DNA of 64,000 nucleotides. It comes from a virus. A program made the translations under genes and the position numbers. The notes beneath the pieces were generated by a model. The model did no database searches. It had not been told where the DNA came from and saw only the letters and a list, made by a program, of their open reading frames with translations. Where the stretch lies: IMG/VR virus record IMGVR_UViG_3300028844_006119, positions 32,001-96,000 of that record. The stretch is one strand, 5' to 3'. Below are positions 1-8,998 of this stretch, piece by piece; within the stretch, counting starts at the first letter, position 1; the number at the start of each line of letters is the position of its first letter.

Positions 1-2
1 TT

Positions 3-473
3 TCCGCGTTGACCAGCAGGAACATTGCAAGCCTGCCTGACATTTTGGCCCCTAAGGGGTGGAAGCCTAAGCCCGCCTCAGAAGGGGGGTACCTGTGGGA
101 GTACGACGCAGGCACCAGCGCCAAGGACATCAAACTCACCGGCGGGTTCCACTCCAACGCCGTCACGGGGAAGAGCCACATAGGCCTTAAGGGGGTCTCT
201 GAGATCTCCGAGGTCGGGCAGAAGCTGAAGTTTGGCTCTCGTCTGGAGTTCCTGGACCTAGAGACGACCCGGGAGCTGGGCTCTCGTTTGATGCCCGAGG
301 AGAAGGTGACCCTTGGCGAAGACACCTCAATCCGACTAGACCCTAGAGCGCCCCGCGCGAAGAGGGTTACCGAGTACTTGCAGGATATTGGTGGAACTTC
401 TGCTCTCCGTAAGTTAGACTTTGGGTCTACTGGATTTACTACGACGCCGGACGGCCGAGGAGGAAAAGGATGA
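3..473 (+). CDS. Hypothetical protein, 5'-truncated by the window edge
   Basis: Frame is open from position 3; its TGA overlaps the next ATG (ATGA). Confidence 0.6.
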   Translation, partial: SALTSRNIASLPDILAPKGWKPKPASEGGYLWEYDAGTSAKDIKLTGGFHSNAVTGKSHIGLKGVSEISEVGQKLKFGSRLEFLDLETTRELGSRLMPEEKVTLGEDTSIRLDPRAPRAKRVTEYLQDIGGTSALRKLDFGSTGFTTTPDGRGGKG

Positions 474-706
474 TTTCTCAGGACATGCTTCAGGCATTCA
501 ATGAGGCGCTGCTCAAGGAAGCTGTTGCCCCTCCGGCTGCGGCAGCGAAGATGAGTGGCAAGATGAAGGGACTTCTGGGCCTCGGAGCTGCTGCCGGCGT
601 GGGAGCGGGAGTTCTCGGAGAGCAGGCCAAGGATGATATCGTCCAAGGACGGCTGTCCAGAAAGCAGATGGCTCGCGGCCAGGGCGTTCACCACCTGCTT
701 ACCTGA
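470..706 (+). CDS. Small KxA-motif, glycine-zipper protein (putative virion cargo)
   Basis: GAGG/GGA-rich upstream; N-terminal AFNEALLKEA followed by GLLGLGAAAGVGAGVLG. Confidence 0.65.
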   Translation: MISQDMLQAFNEALLKEAVAPPAAAAKMSGKMKGLLGLGAAAGVGAGVLGEQAKDDIVQGRLSRKQMARGQGVHHLLT

Positions 707-713
707 GAGTCTC

Positions 714-968
714 ATGAGCGACAAACACAGTCTTTTCCAGAGATCCCCGGAGGCCCTTCTCAGTGAAGGTGCCGAGCGATCTAACGTGGCCGTCACCAAT
801 CAGATGCTGGACGACTTGTTCTCCAGAAGAGATGTGATGGGGAAGAAGGCGTATTCCCAGCTCCGCTCCCTGTTCACGGGCAAGGAGCACTATGGGCGCA
901 ACACTCGCCTCGGCATGTCCGCGAATGAATCCTCTAAGCTCGTAAATCGGGCCTTTAGTGGTGAGTAG
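714..968 (+). CDS. Hypothetical protein (84 aa)
   Basis: ATG at 714 just after the previous stop; fills the gap before the sigma gene. Confidence 0.55.
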   Translation: MSDKHSLFQRSPEALLSEGAERSNVAVTNQMLDDLFSRRDVMGKKAYSQLRSLFTGKEHYGRNTRLGMSANESSKLVNRAFSGE

Positions 969-1791
969 CCTGAGAGATAGGCTGCAGAAGATCGCAGCGA
1001 AGGACCCCTACGAGTTTCCCAAGACGTGGGGCACCAAGGATCGCAAGACAGGTGAGGTTACCCCTTTCTACGGTAAAGCCGCGAAAGAGGTAACTATGTG
1101 GAGGACATGGAAGGAGTCCGGGGAAGATCCCGACCACCTTGCCCCTCTTCTCCAGTCTCTAAATCCTGTGATCAACAGTAATGTTCTGCGCCACCGCGCC
1201 CCACGCATTCACAAGCCGGTGATAGAGGCCGAGGCTCGAACTCTCACCGTGAAGGCACTGCGGAGGTACAACCCCTCTCGGGGGACCATGGTCTCCTCCC
1301 ACGTACACAACAATCTGAAAGGTCTGAACCGCTTTGTAAAGAAGCACCAGAACTTCACACGCATCGTGGAGACTCAGGCCAATAAAATTGGTGATTACGA
1401 CAGGGCAAAATCCTCGTTGGCAGAGGAGCTGGGCAGGGACCCAACTACCTTAGAGATCTCGGACAGAATTAAGTTGTCCCCGAAGAAGGTGGCGCGTCTC
1501 GAGAAGGAGCTCCGTAAGGACAAGTTCTCTGCACTGCCCTCTGACGATATGATCAGTGCCAACCCTTTCGAGAAGACGCTCCCTGAATCCCGAGAGATCA
1601 TTGAGATGCTCCCCTACGAGCTCACAATGAACGAGCAGGCGGTGTTCAACCACCTGTACGGGCGTGGCGGCTTTCGCAAGGACCGGATGACCAAAAGTAT
1701 CGCCAAGAAGTTGGGCTGGTCGGAGTCCAAGGTATCGCAAGTAAAGAACTCCATTATCAAGAAGTACCACGCGTACGAGGACTCTTTTTAA
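958..1791 (+). CDS. Sigma70-family (FliA/SigF-like) RNA polymerase sigma factor
   Basis: Region 2 KALRRYNPSRGTMVSSHV; region 3 LAEELGRDPTTLEISDRI; region 4 LTMNEQAVFNHLYG...IAKKLGWSESKVSQ (HTH). Start is GTG 958 or 961. Confidence 0.88.
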   Translation: MVSSLRDRLQKIAAKDPYEFPKTWGTKDRKTGEVTPFYGKAAKEVTMWRTWKESGEDPDHLAPLLQSLNPVINSNVLRHRAPRIHKPVIEAEARTLTVKALRRYNPSRGTMVSSHVHNNLKGLNRFVKKHQNFTRIVETQANKIGDYDRAKSSLAEELGRDPTTLEISDRIKLSPKKVARLEKELRKDKFSALPSDDMISANPFEKTLPESREIIEMLPYELTMNEQAVFNHLYGRGGFRKDRMTKSIAKKLGWSESKVSQVKNSIIKKYHAYEDSF

Positions 1792-2027
1792 TGGCCGTGT
1801 CCGACATTGGCGAGCTCATAGATCTGATAGAGGACGAGCTGCAGCCCGTGCTCGACGAGGAGGAAAAGCGCCTTGTTGAGGAGGCACTGCTCCTAAAGCT
1901 AGTCTACGAGGGTATGACAGGAACGGCGTTTTCTGATAAAACACCCACAGAGGTAGCCGAGGCGTTCACCGTCCGGTTCATCACAGAAATGGCAGTAACC
2001 GTGGCCCCGGCAGTGGAGCCGGAATAG
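1791..2027 (+). CDS. Acidic hypothetical protein
   Basis: TAATG overlap with the sigma stop; GAGGA upstream. Confidence 0.65.
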   Translation: MAVSDIGELIDLIEDELQPVLDEEEKRLVEEALLLKLVYEGMTGTAFSDKTPTEVAEAFTVRFITEMAVTVAPAVEPE

Positions 2028-2068
2028 CGGCCTCCGCTCCCCCCATACTCCGACAAAAAGCGCAGACA

Positions 2069-2275
2069 ATGGTAATTCAAGATATGGCATTTGCTGCCTT
2101 CATCGTCCACATGGGGCACCCACTTGCCGGCGTCTCACGAAACGGCAGGCGAGTATCCTGGGAGTTCACCCTCACCGAGGAAGAGATCGCAAACATTGAC
2201 GCCCTCTGGCCTTCGAGTGGGGAGAGCAAGTTCTTCAACGTTTACCAAACCCTTAAAAATCAGATTCGGAAATAA
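2069..2275 (+). CDS. Small phage protein, DUF5659-like
   Basis: Pattern DMAFAAFI..MG......RRVSWEF...KFFNVYQTLK resembles this phage family (from memory). Confidence 0.5.
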   Translation: MVIQDMAFAAFIVHMGHPLAGVSRNGRRVSWEFTLTEEEIANIDALWPSSGESKFFNVYQTLKNQIRK

Positions 2276-2279
2276 CCCC

Positions 2280-2356
2280 GAGTCCCGCACAAAAGAGCGT
2301 TGACAGAGATCTGCGCCACGGCTTTCCTTTTTTTCAACTCCACTTTTGTGAGGCTC
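2280..2356 (+). promoter_or_regulatory. Structured leader hairpin occluding the RBS of the 2361 gene
   Basis: GAGTC 2280-84 pairs with GGCTC 2352-56; CACAAAAG 2288-95 with CTTTTGTG 2343-50; GTTGA 2299-2303 with TCAAC 2334-38. The SD-like GAGG at 2350-53 lies in the 3' arm. Confidence 0.5.
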
Positions 2357-2360
2357 TACC

Positions 2361-4154
2361 ATGGCTGTTGCCAACTTCAAGAACATCGTCCCCTTCGGCA
2401 AGGACGCTCTCTTTCCTTTCCAGATGTCTGCCGCATCTCTGTCCACCTCTGCAACCGTCTACCAGCTCGCTGGTACTGATGGCGCAAAGACCACTGTCGG
2501 CAGTGGCGTCAGCGTCATTGACGATGGCGGCGGTCTGTACCGACTGAAGGTCACCTCTGGCAGCATGTCCGGCAGCAACCTGTACTACGCTACCGTGGTC
2601 GCAGGCAGCGAGCAGGTCCGTATTCCGATGTGGTCGTACGCACCCACGGGCCACACCGACGACATCCTGTCGCGCATTGGCGGCTCTGCTGCAGCAATGA
2701 GCTTCACCGGTATCCTGAGCGGCGCAAACAACCTTCAGGGCGCAGTCGATCTGCTCGGTGGCGAGCTTGGTGACTTCAGTACCTCCGGCATTACGGGTAA
2801 TCCCGCTAGCGCTGCCGCTGCCATGAAGATCATCTTCGACAACGTGGATACTCTCGAGAACTCCATCGGTCTCGAGAATGATGCCGATACGGCAGCAACT
2901 CTGTTTGGCCGCATCAAGAAGAACAAGGCGGTTGCAGACGCGATCAAGACCGACACTGACGATCTGCTCGCTGCAGTCGGAGACCACAACGACGCTGCTT
3001 CTGCGGATTACGGTACTGACAAGAGCCTCATGGGCATGGTCCGCCTCTTGGGCGCAGACGTTGGCGAGAACCAGACGGATCTCAACAGCATCATCAGTAA
3101 GGTCGATACCGTCGACGGTATCGTTGATTCCATTCTGGCTGATACCGCAGTTATTGGCGCCCCCGCCGGGGTCTCCGTCTCGGCCGACATCGCAGCCCTC
3201 AAGGCTGAGACTGCGCTGATCGTGGCGGACACCGCTGAGCTTCAGGGTGACTGGGTCAACGGAGGTCGCCTTGACCTGATCCTGGATGCCAGTGCTGCTG
3301 ACGCCCTCGCTGCCAAGACGGCGTCTCAGGCCAACAAGGCTACCCTTGAGAACGGAACCCACGGCCTCGCCCAGTTGCAGAGTGAAATCGCGGACAACCA
3401 GACGGACCTGAACTCGATTCTGGCCGCAGGTGTTAGCCGAGATTCCGCCATCGCTACTGTGGACAGCGAGATCGGCACCCTCCAGACTGACCTTACCGCT
3501 GGGTTCCTGGCTGGCGCCAAGTCCTCCGAGATCGTCGCGCTGGACAATGTTGTCGATGCCGGATTCGTTGCTGGTGCCAAGGCTTCGGATCTGGCAACCG
3601 CCAAGACCGAGATCGACGGCATTCGCACGGATACCGAGGACATCCAGGTCAAGATCGCCGCGGTCCAGGCTACTGCCGATACGCTGGCCCTGCAGGTCAA
3701 CGCTGTTCTGCAGCCGATGGTCCCGTCGGAGCGTTACTCCGGAGCTGCCGCCAAGCGGATCTCCCTCGTGATTCAGACCATCGACGGCGCAACGGGTGCT
3801 GCGGATAACATGGACCAGGCAGGCACCCCCGCCGGGCAGATGTACATCAAGGTGCTTGACGGTGCTGGCAACTCGGTTACCGATTTGCACGATGCTGCTT
3901 CTGGCGGTAATGCTCTCGCTTCCGCCGATGCATCCATCTACAGCGGTGCTGTCAGCGGGTACAAGATCATGAACAACGTGTCGACGGGCTTCTACCAGGC
4001 GTTCCTTGAGATCGCCGCGTACAAGGTCGAGAGCTACGATGTTCTCTTCTACGCCCAGGATAGCGACCCGAATACGGCACAGGAGTTCCGCGCCATGCGT
4101 CAGATGGAGGTTCGCAGCCCCGTCCAGGCTCAGTTCGCTGGCGGTGCGTTCTAA
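2361..4154 (+). CDS. Virion fibre/whisker-like protein with a long acidic coiled coil between globular ends
   Basis: Heptad-like A/D/I/L/T centre; internal repeats ENQTDLNSI/DNQTDLNSI and GFLAGAKSS/GFVAGAKAS; own terminator. Confidence 0.6.
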   Translation: MAVANFKNIVPFGKDALFPFQMSAASLSTSATVYQLAGTDGAKTTVGSGVSVIDDGGGLYRLKVTSGSMSGSNLYYATVVAGSEQVRIPMWSYAPTGHTDDILSRIGGSAAAMSFTGILSGANNLQGAVDLLGGELGDFSTSGITGNPASAAAAMKIIFDNVDTLENSIGLENDADTAATLFGRIKKNKAVADAIKTDTDDLLAAVGDHNDAASADYGTDKSLMGMVRLLGADVGENQTDLNSIISKVDTVDGIVDSILADTAVIGAPAGVSVSADIAALKAETALIVADTAELQGDWVNGGRLDLILDASAADALAAKTASQANKATLENGTHGLAQLQSEIADNQTDLNSILAAGVSRDSAIATVDSEIGTLQTDLTAGFLAGAKSSEIVALDNVVDAGFVAGAKASDLATAKTEIDGIRTDTEDIQVKIAAVQATADTLALQVNAVLQPMVPSERYSGAAAKRISLVIQTIDGATGAADNMDQAGTPAGQMYIKVLDGAGNSVTDLHDAASGGNALASADASIYSGAVSGYKIMNNVSTGFYQAFLEIAAYKVESYDVLFYAQDSDPNTAQEFRAMRQMEVRSPVQAQFAGGAF

Positions 4155-4175
4155 GTAGAACGGTTGCTCAAAGTG

Positions 4176-4211
4176 AAGCCCCCAGCAGGTTCTCCTGCTG
4201 GGGGCTTTCTT
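4176..4211 (+). terminator. Rho-independent terminator
   Basis: Perfect 14-bp stem AAGCCCCCAGCAGG-TTCT-CCTGCTGGGGGCTT followed by TCTT, 21 nt after the stop at 4154. Confidence 0.85.
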
Positions 4212-4286
4212 GCTCCGGGGGCTCCGGGGTGCTACTGTAATAAAGGCACCCTACTTCTGCACAAAGTGTAACGGAGCACCCATAGA

Positions 4287-4679
4287 ATGGCAAAGCGTAT
4301 TTGGAAGTTTGTCGGAGGCAGCAAGTCTGCCCGCACATCCCTGAACGCCGCTCTCGCGGCGACCATCGAGAACCATGAAGGAGAGGTAGCGATCTACAAC
4401 TCCGAAACCGGAGAGATGTACGATCGCGCGGGCGCCCCGTATCCCCCAATCGTCCGGCATCAGTACGACACCGCATGCAACATCCTCGCTATGATTATTG
4501 TTCACGCCATGAGGGAAGAAGAGATCCCGGCCAAAACGATGGCGGGGCTGATTACCCGAATCGGCGGCGAGATGCTAGAGGACATCACCAACTCCTCCGG
4601 GCTGGTCCTCCGGGCCATAGAGGGGGCCAAGGCCGAACTGACGGGAGATCCAGATGACGCGGGACAGGGAGGCAGCTGA
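4287..4679 (+). CDS. Hypothetical protein
   Basis: GGAG RBS at 4273; 130-aa ORF. Confidence 0.7.
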   Translation: MAKRIWKFVGGSKSARTSLNAALAATIENHEGEVAIYNSETGEMYDRAGAPYPPIVRHQYDTACNILAMIIVHAMREEEIPAKTMAGLITRIGGEMLEDITNSSGLVLRAIEGAKAELTGDPDDAGQGGS

Positions 4680-5154
4680 TTGGGCAACCGGTCTTCTCGA
4701 GGAAACTCTAAAGAGAAGAGAGCTGCGCACCCAGGCCGTGGCCCCCTACCTTTACCCGTTTACTATGGGGAAAGACGGGGTTGAGCAGTACCCCTCAACT
4801 CCTATCTCCGCGGGAAACCCTCCCGACATCTCCACTGCGCTGCGCGTACTGGAGACGATGGACCCGCTCTACGCATACCTGTACCTAATGCCCGGCATTC
4901 CTATTCCGGAGTCTGTGTGGCAGGGGCCGGCGTTTACGCCTACGAAAAGGGCGAGCATCCCTCTGGGAGTGCCCCAGGAGATCATAGAAGAAGGGGACTT
5001 TGACTTCTACGTTTTTGGGGCCTTCGTGAGCCCTACGGTCAAGCGGACCTTTTGCATTCCCCTGAAAGGGGATACATTTGGTAAGCTGCAGGTCGTATCC
5101 GGGCTCTATGGAGGAGTGTTTTCCTCCCTGCAAGGCATAGGCGAGGAGGCCTGA
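4654..5154 (+). CDS. Hypothetical protein
   Basis: Overlaps both neighbours in a tightly packed operon. Confidence 0.65.
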   Translation: MTRDREAADWATGLLEETLKRRELRTQAVAPYLYPFTMGKDGVEQYPSTPISAGNPPDISTALRVLETMDPLYAYLYLMPGIPIPESVWQGPAFTPTKRASIPLGVPQEIIEEGDFDFYVFGAFVSPTVKRTFCIPLKGDTFGKLQVVSGLYGGVFSSLQGIGEEA

Positions 5155-5582
5155 TGATCGCTACCGACTCTGCCCACATAAATGTAGCCTTCACTTTGGC
5201 ATTTTACTCGTCGTCCGGCTCCTCCCTCACTGTAACGGCGGAGGTAGTTGTAGCCACCACGGGAGAGGCCACCACGGTCTCTTTAGTAAAAAGTGACGCC
5301 CTAAGCAGTGTGGCGCAGTTCGTCTACGTGGGGAACTATGTCCCTACGGCAGAGGGTTGGTATTTTGTGCAGTACCTGGCCAAGGAGTCCGGAGTCACCC
5401 GAGGTTCTTCTGTGAGCAGATTCCATGCGGCCTCGGCTACTGCGTCCTCTAGTGGGGGCAGCGGGCAGAGCTCCTCCGGGGTCACCACCAGTAGTGACCC
5501 CGAGACCGGCAACGGCACCTCGGTGCCCACTACGGTCGGCGGTAACGCCGGAACGCTGACTTTTAGCACCAGGAACGTCTGA
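5154..5582 (+). CDS. Putative virion structural protein (Ig-like beta sandwich)
   Basis: GAGGAGG RBS; S/T/V-rich; YVGNYVPTAEGWYFVQY beta pattern. Confidence 0.55.
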   Translation: MIATDSAHINVAFTLAFYSSSGSSLTVTAEVVVATTGEATTVSLVKSDALSSVAQFVYVGNYVPTAEGWYFVQYLAKESGVTRGSSVSRFHAASATASSSGGSGQSSSGVTTSSDPETGNGTSVPTTVGGNAGTLTFSTRNV

Positions 5583-6247
5583 TGGCCTTCAAAGCAGTAG
5601 GGGTAGCCACCTCCTCCATTTTGACTATTCAGTTCACTACTTCGAGCGGAAGCTCGTATCTGGTGAACGCGGACGCCACCCCCACCCTGACTATCTCCAC
5701 GGGCGGCTCCGTAGTATCCACCATCACGACGGCCACAAACACTTCTACGGGGGCGTACTCGGCTACCTGGACCCCTGCCGTCGCAGGGGAGCACTCGTTG
5801 CTCTGGTCCTTTGCGGTAGAGGGAGTCAGCTACTCGTCAAGCGACACGATCTTCGTTCTGACTGCTGCGTCCTCGACCGATGTGTCAGATGCCCCAGACG
5901 TGGGCACCGCGAATACTTGCCTGATCACAGGCACCTTTATTGATGCGGCAGGAGACTTTCTATCGGGCATCCGGGTCCGCTTCTCCCCTGACCTGGCCGC
6001 ATCCCGACTCTCCGGGGTAGGGTTCATCGCGTCAGACCTTACTGCGACCTCCGGAGCCAACGGGCAGGTGTCCTTCGCAGCAGTTCGGGGGATCGTGGGG
6101 CTTCTGACTATCTCCGGCACCGACCTGGTCAGGAGGGTGACTATCCCCAGCCAGACGGCGGTTGACCTCTTCGACTTAGCATCGACGGGGCCCGACCTCC
6201 TAGAAGTTCAAGAGCTTGAGCTTCTAGACCTCCCCAGGAGATCCTGA
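5582..6247 (+). CDS. Putative virion structural protein (Ig/BppU-like beta domains)
   Basis: TGAYSATWTPAVAGEHSLLWSF; second domain CLITGTFIDAAG resembles CRVSGYVVGAGG in the next gene. Confidence 0.55.
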   Translation: MAFKAVGVATSSILTIQFTTSSGSSYLVNADATPTLTISTGGSVVSTITTATNTSTGAYSATWTPAVAGEHSLLWSFAVEGVSYSSSDTIFVLTAASSTDVSDAPDVGTANTCLITGTFIDAAGDFLSGIRVRFSPDLAASRLSGVGFIASDLTATSGANGQVSFAAVRGIVGLLTISGTDLVRRVTIPSQTAVDLFDLASTGPDLLEVQELELLDLPRRS

Positions 6248-7149
6248 TGACGACCGCGACGTTCTATCTCTGGGATTCTGTCGATCAAACGGCCGCTACC
6301 GCGGTCGAGTCCGCGCAAGTCCGCCTGTACTCCAGCGATGGGACCGCCTTCATTACATACGGGACTACTGACAGCGCGGGGGAGGTCGCCCTAGACGTGC
6401 CGGATGCTACCTACTGGGTCCGATTCTTCAAGACTGGGTATGCCTTTCCGTCTAAGAGGTCTGTGGTCGTGGACGCAGCCGCAGCCAACAACACATTCGA
6501 CACCGAAGCGGAGAACCTAGAAATCCTGCCCCCATCCTCCGCATCAAATCTGTGTAGGGTCAGTGGGTACGTGGTCGGCGCAGGAGGGCAGCCCCGAAAG
6601 GGGGCAACGTTCCAGTTCATGCTTACGCACCTACGGCACATAGTCAGTGGCCGCCCCATCACCGCATCCAAGGTCACTTGCAGATCGGATGAGTATGGGT
6701 ACACAGAGGTCGAGCTTATCCAGGGGGCCTTTTACGATGTTGTCGTAGAGGGACTGGATGACCAGGTCTTCGTCGCTCAGGTTCCTGAGCTTGGGTACGC
6801 AAAGCTGACCGAGGTTATCTGGCCGTACCCCGCACGAGTCACTTTGTCTTCTGCAACGGTATCAGTTGCCGCTGCGGCAGAAGAGGATGTGACGGTTACT
6901 TTGGTCCTGAGCAGCGGGGTAGTCATGCCCCTACCCTCGGATGCCGCTGCGGGAGCCGTGGGGTTCTCTCTGGCAGCGTCCTCGAGCGACACAGATGTAG
7001 CTACGGTTGTCCTGGACGGGACTACGGCCACCATTACTGGCGTGGCCTCCGGGTCTGCCACCATTTCCTTTACCGCTGCAGGAAGCTACGAAGAGAGGTT
7101 CCCCGAGATCTCCGTGTCTCTGGATTCTATTGCAGTCACGGTGCCGTAA
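6247..7149 (+). CDS. Virion protein with a C-terminal Big_2-type Ig-like domain
   Basis: SSSDTDVATVV...ATITGVASGSATISFTA is the Big_2 pattern; N-terminal GTTDSAGEV...YWVRFFKTGY prealbumin-like pattern. Confidence 0.7.
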   Translation: MTTATFYLWDSVDQTAATAVESAQVRLYSSDGTAFITYGTTDSAGEVALDVPDATYWVRFFKTGYAFPSKRSVVVDAAAANNTFDTEAENLEILPPSSASNLCRVSGYVVGAGGQPRKGATFQFMLTHLRHIVSGRPITASKVTCRSDEYGYTEVELIQGAFYDVVVEGLDDQVFVAQVPELGYAKLTEVIWPYPARVTLSSATVSVAAAAEEDVTVTLVLSSGVVMPLPSDAAAGAVGFSLAASSSDTDVATVVLDGTTATITGVASGSATISFTAAGSYEERFPEISVSLDSIAVTVP

Positions 7150-8576
7150 TGGCTACGAAGATCAGTACGGGGGACATCTCTGCCGCATCGGGGGAGGCAG
7201 TACGCCGAAAAAGGTCCAACTCAGAGGACACTAAGGGGGCCTCGGCAGATCAGATTCGGTGGGACACCTTGCGGGGCAGGGCCTGTAGGCTCTTCCTGTC
7301 CGATCCCGATGCCAGAGTGCAGCTGTACTATTTGGCCTCTAACACCCTTTCCTCGGAGTTACGGACTTTTCACGCTCTGGTGTGTGAAGCAATCTCCCTC
7401 GCAGAGTCAAGCTTCTCCTCCAAGGAGACGTCTGCCAGCATAGCGGCGGACCTCTCGACCAAAAAGGCGGCGCTGTATTTCGAGGTGGGAAACATGAGGG
7501 CATCATCTCCCTCTGCGCCGGTCCTGCCCACCACCCTAAAAGAGGCCGCCGCCTCGTATGCCAACGCCGTAGCTAAGCAGAGCAGCCGGAATAGAAAAAT
7601 CGAGAGAGGCGATTCCGCGGGGGCATCGCTGCCTGCCCTCCTCGCAGAAGCAACCAAGAGAGGTAGGGCCTGCGTATCCCTGATCTCTGTGATGGAGCAG
7701 ACGGGCGGGCGGCTAGAGACGCTCCTCGGGCGCTGGGCGGTGGCTCCGATATTGCCGGGACTGGCTGCCTCCCTCCGGGATCCATCTCTTGCCCCTAAAG
7801 AGGAGCTGCTTAAGGTTGTGGCGGCAGTAGGGGCCTATGATGCCTTCACTGCCCCAGCTACCACCCTTCTGTTGGTCCACACAGGGGTAGGGTTTCCCTC
7901 GAAGCTTGTGCCCCGCATGGATGGGGCCGTACTTACTCTACTGGACGCTAATGGGAAAGAAACGGCCCCGGCTACCTTGCTGGTGTCCCAGGGCTGCGTT
8001 GTAACGGCAGGCACCGCTACTGCGACGATCTTATCGATCTCAGGTAGGGAGCTTACCCTGTCCTCCGAGATTTCGGTTTCAGGAGGGATCAGTATCGCAA
8101 CCAAGGCCCAAAGTGAGCTCTCCGCCTTCGTGGGGACGACACTGGGCGCGATCTCCGCTAACTCCCTGACTATGCCGGCCTCACTCCTGCGTGGAGTCTC
8201 GTTTCGCAAACTGAACAGGCCAGAGGCGTACAAAATCGTGAAGGGGCTGGTTCAGGTGGCTACGGAGCTGGCAGATATTACTACTGAGGCCTCCCGCTCT
8301 GCGGCACTACTGGGGGTTGATGTCCCTGTGACCAAGGGCCTTCTATCTGCAGTACGAGAGTTCTCTCCCTCGGTCGCGGAGTCCTCCCGCCGAGGAGCCT
8401 CCGAGATATTGGACGCTTTGCGGGCCGACGGCCTCGACGTGGTGGAGACTGCGCTTCTGTCCTCGGACCTCTGGTCACTGGATACGCCGAGCGTACACGA
8501 CGCCAGAAGATCGTCCAAAACAGCCTATCAGGTGGGGCAGCTTATGGAGATCATCAACCCGGATCTGAAGGTATAG
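7149..8576 (+). CDS. Hypothetical protein in tail module
   Basis: 475-aa ORF with TAATG overlap. Confidence 0.65.
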   Translation: MATKISTGDISAASGEAVRRKRSNSEDTKGASADQIRWDTLRGRACRLFLSDPDARVQLYYLASNTLSSELRTFHALVCEAISLAESSFSSKETSASIAADLSTKKAALYFEVGNMRASSPSAPVLPTTLKEAAASYANAVAKQSSRNRKIERGDSAGASLPALLAEATKRGRACVSLISVMEQTGGRLETLLGRWAVAPILPGLAASLRDPSLAPKEELLKVVAAVGAYDAFTAPATTLLLVHTGVGFPSKLVPRMDGAVLTLLDANGKETAPATLLVSQGCVVTAGTATATILSISGRELTLSSEISVSGGISIATKAQSELSAFVGTTLGAISANSLTMPASLLRGVSFRKLNRPEAYKIVKGLVQVATELADITTEASRSAALLGVDVPVTKGLLSAVREFSPSVAESSRRGASEILDALRADGLDVVETALLSSDLWSLDTPSVHDARRSSKTAYQVGQLMEIINPDLKV

Positions 8577-8578
8577 GT

Positions 8579-8998
8579 ATGGACGAAACCCTAGACAATC
8601 AGATGGTGAAGATCATCCGGGATGCCCGAGGGTCTATCTCTCAGGCACTCTCTATGATGCAACAGCTCAACGCCAGAGACCTGGCTAACGGAGTGACTCT
8701 CGAGTCCTCCATAGAGGACGCCATCTACGAAATAGACAGCGAGCCCGACTTCGTAGACCCCTACCTGGACGCTGCGTATGGGCTGGCCGAGGCCGAGGCG
8801 GGGCAGGCGCTTACCTTCGGCATCCTGCAGACCCCTAGGAGGATCGGGAGGCTGCAGAGAGTGAGAGACCTGAAGGTGACGCTCTTCGGAGGGAATGTAC
8901 GGGTCGTTAGCGACGAAGGCGTCGTTTCCACCGACAGCATCGGTGGTCTTCTCGATCAACTAAAGAACGTTTCAGTTGATGTCCCGGAGGGCCCATGA
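8579..8998 (+). CDS. Hypothetical protein in tail module
   Basis: 139-aa ORF tightly coupled to both neighbours. Confidence 0.65.
   Translation: MDETLDNQMVKIIRDARGSISQALSMMQQLNARDLANGVTLESSIEDAIYEIDSEPDFVDPYLDAAYGLAEAEAGQALTFGILQTPRRIGRLQRVRDLKVTLFGGNVRVVSDEGVVSTDSIGGLLDQLKNVSVDVPEGP

Noticed and set aside
2300-2330. TTGACA as a sigma70 -35 element
   Set aside because: No acceptable -10 element at 16-18 nt; the hexamer is part of the hairpin arm.
2334-3890. 518-aa - strand ORF
   Set aside because: Antisense shadow of the codon-biased 2361 gene, which has an RBS and its own terminator.
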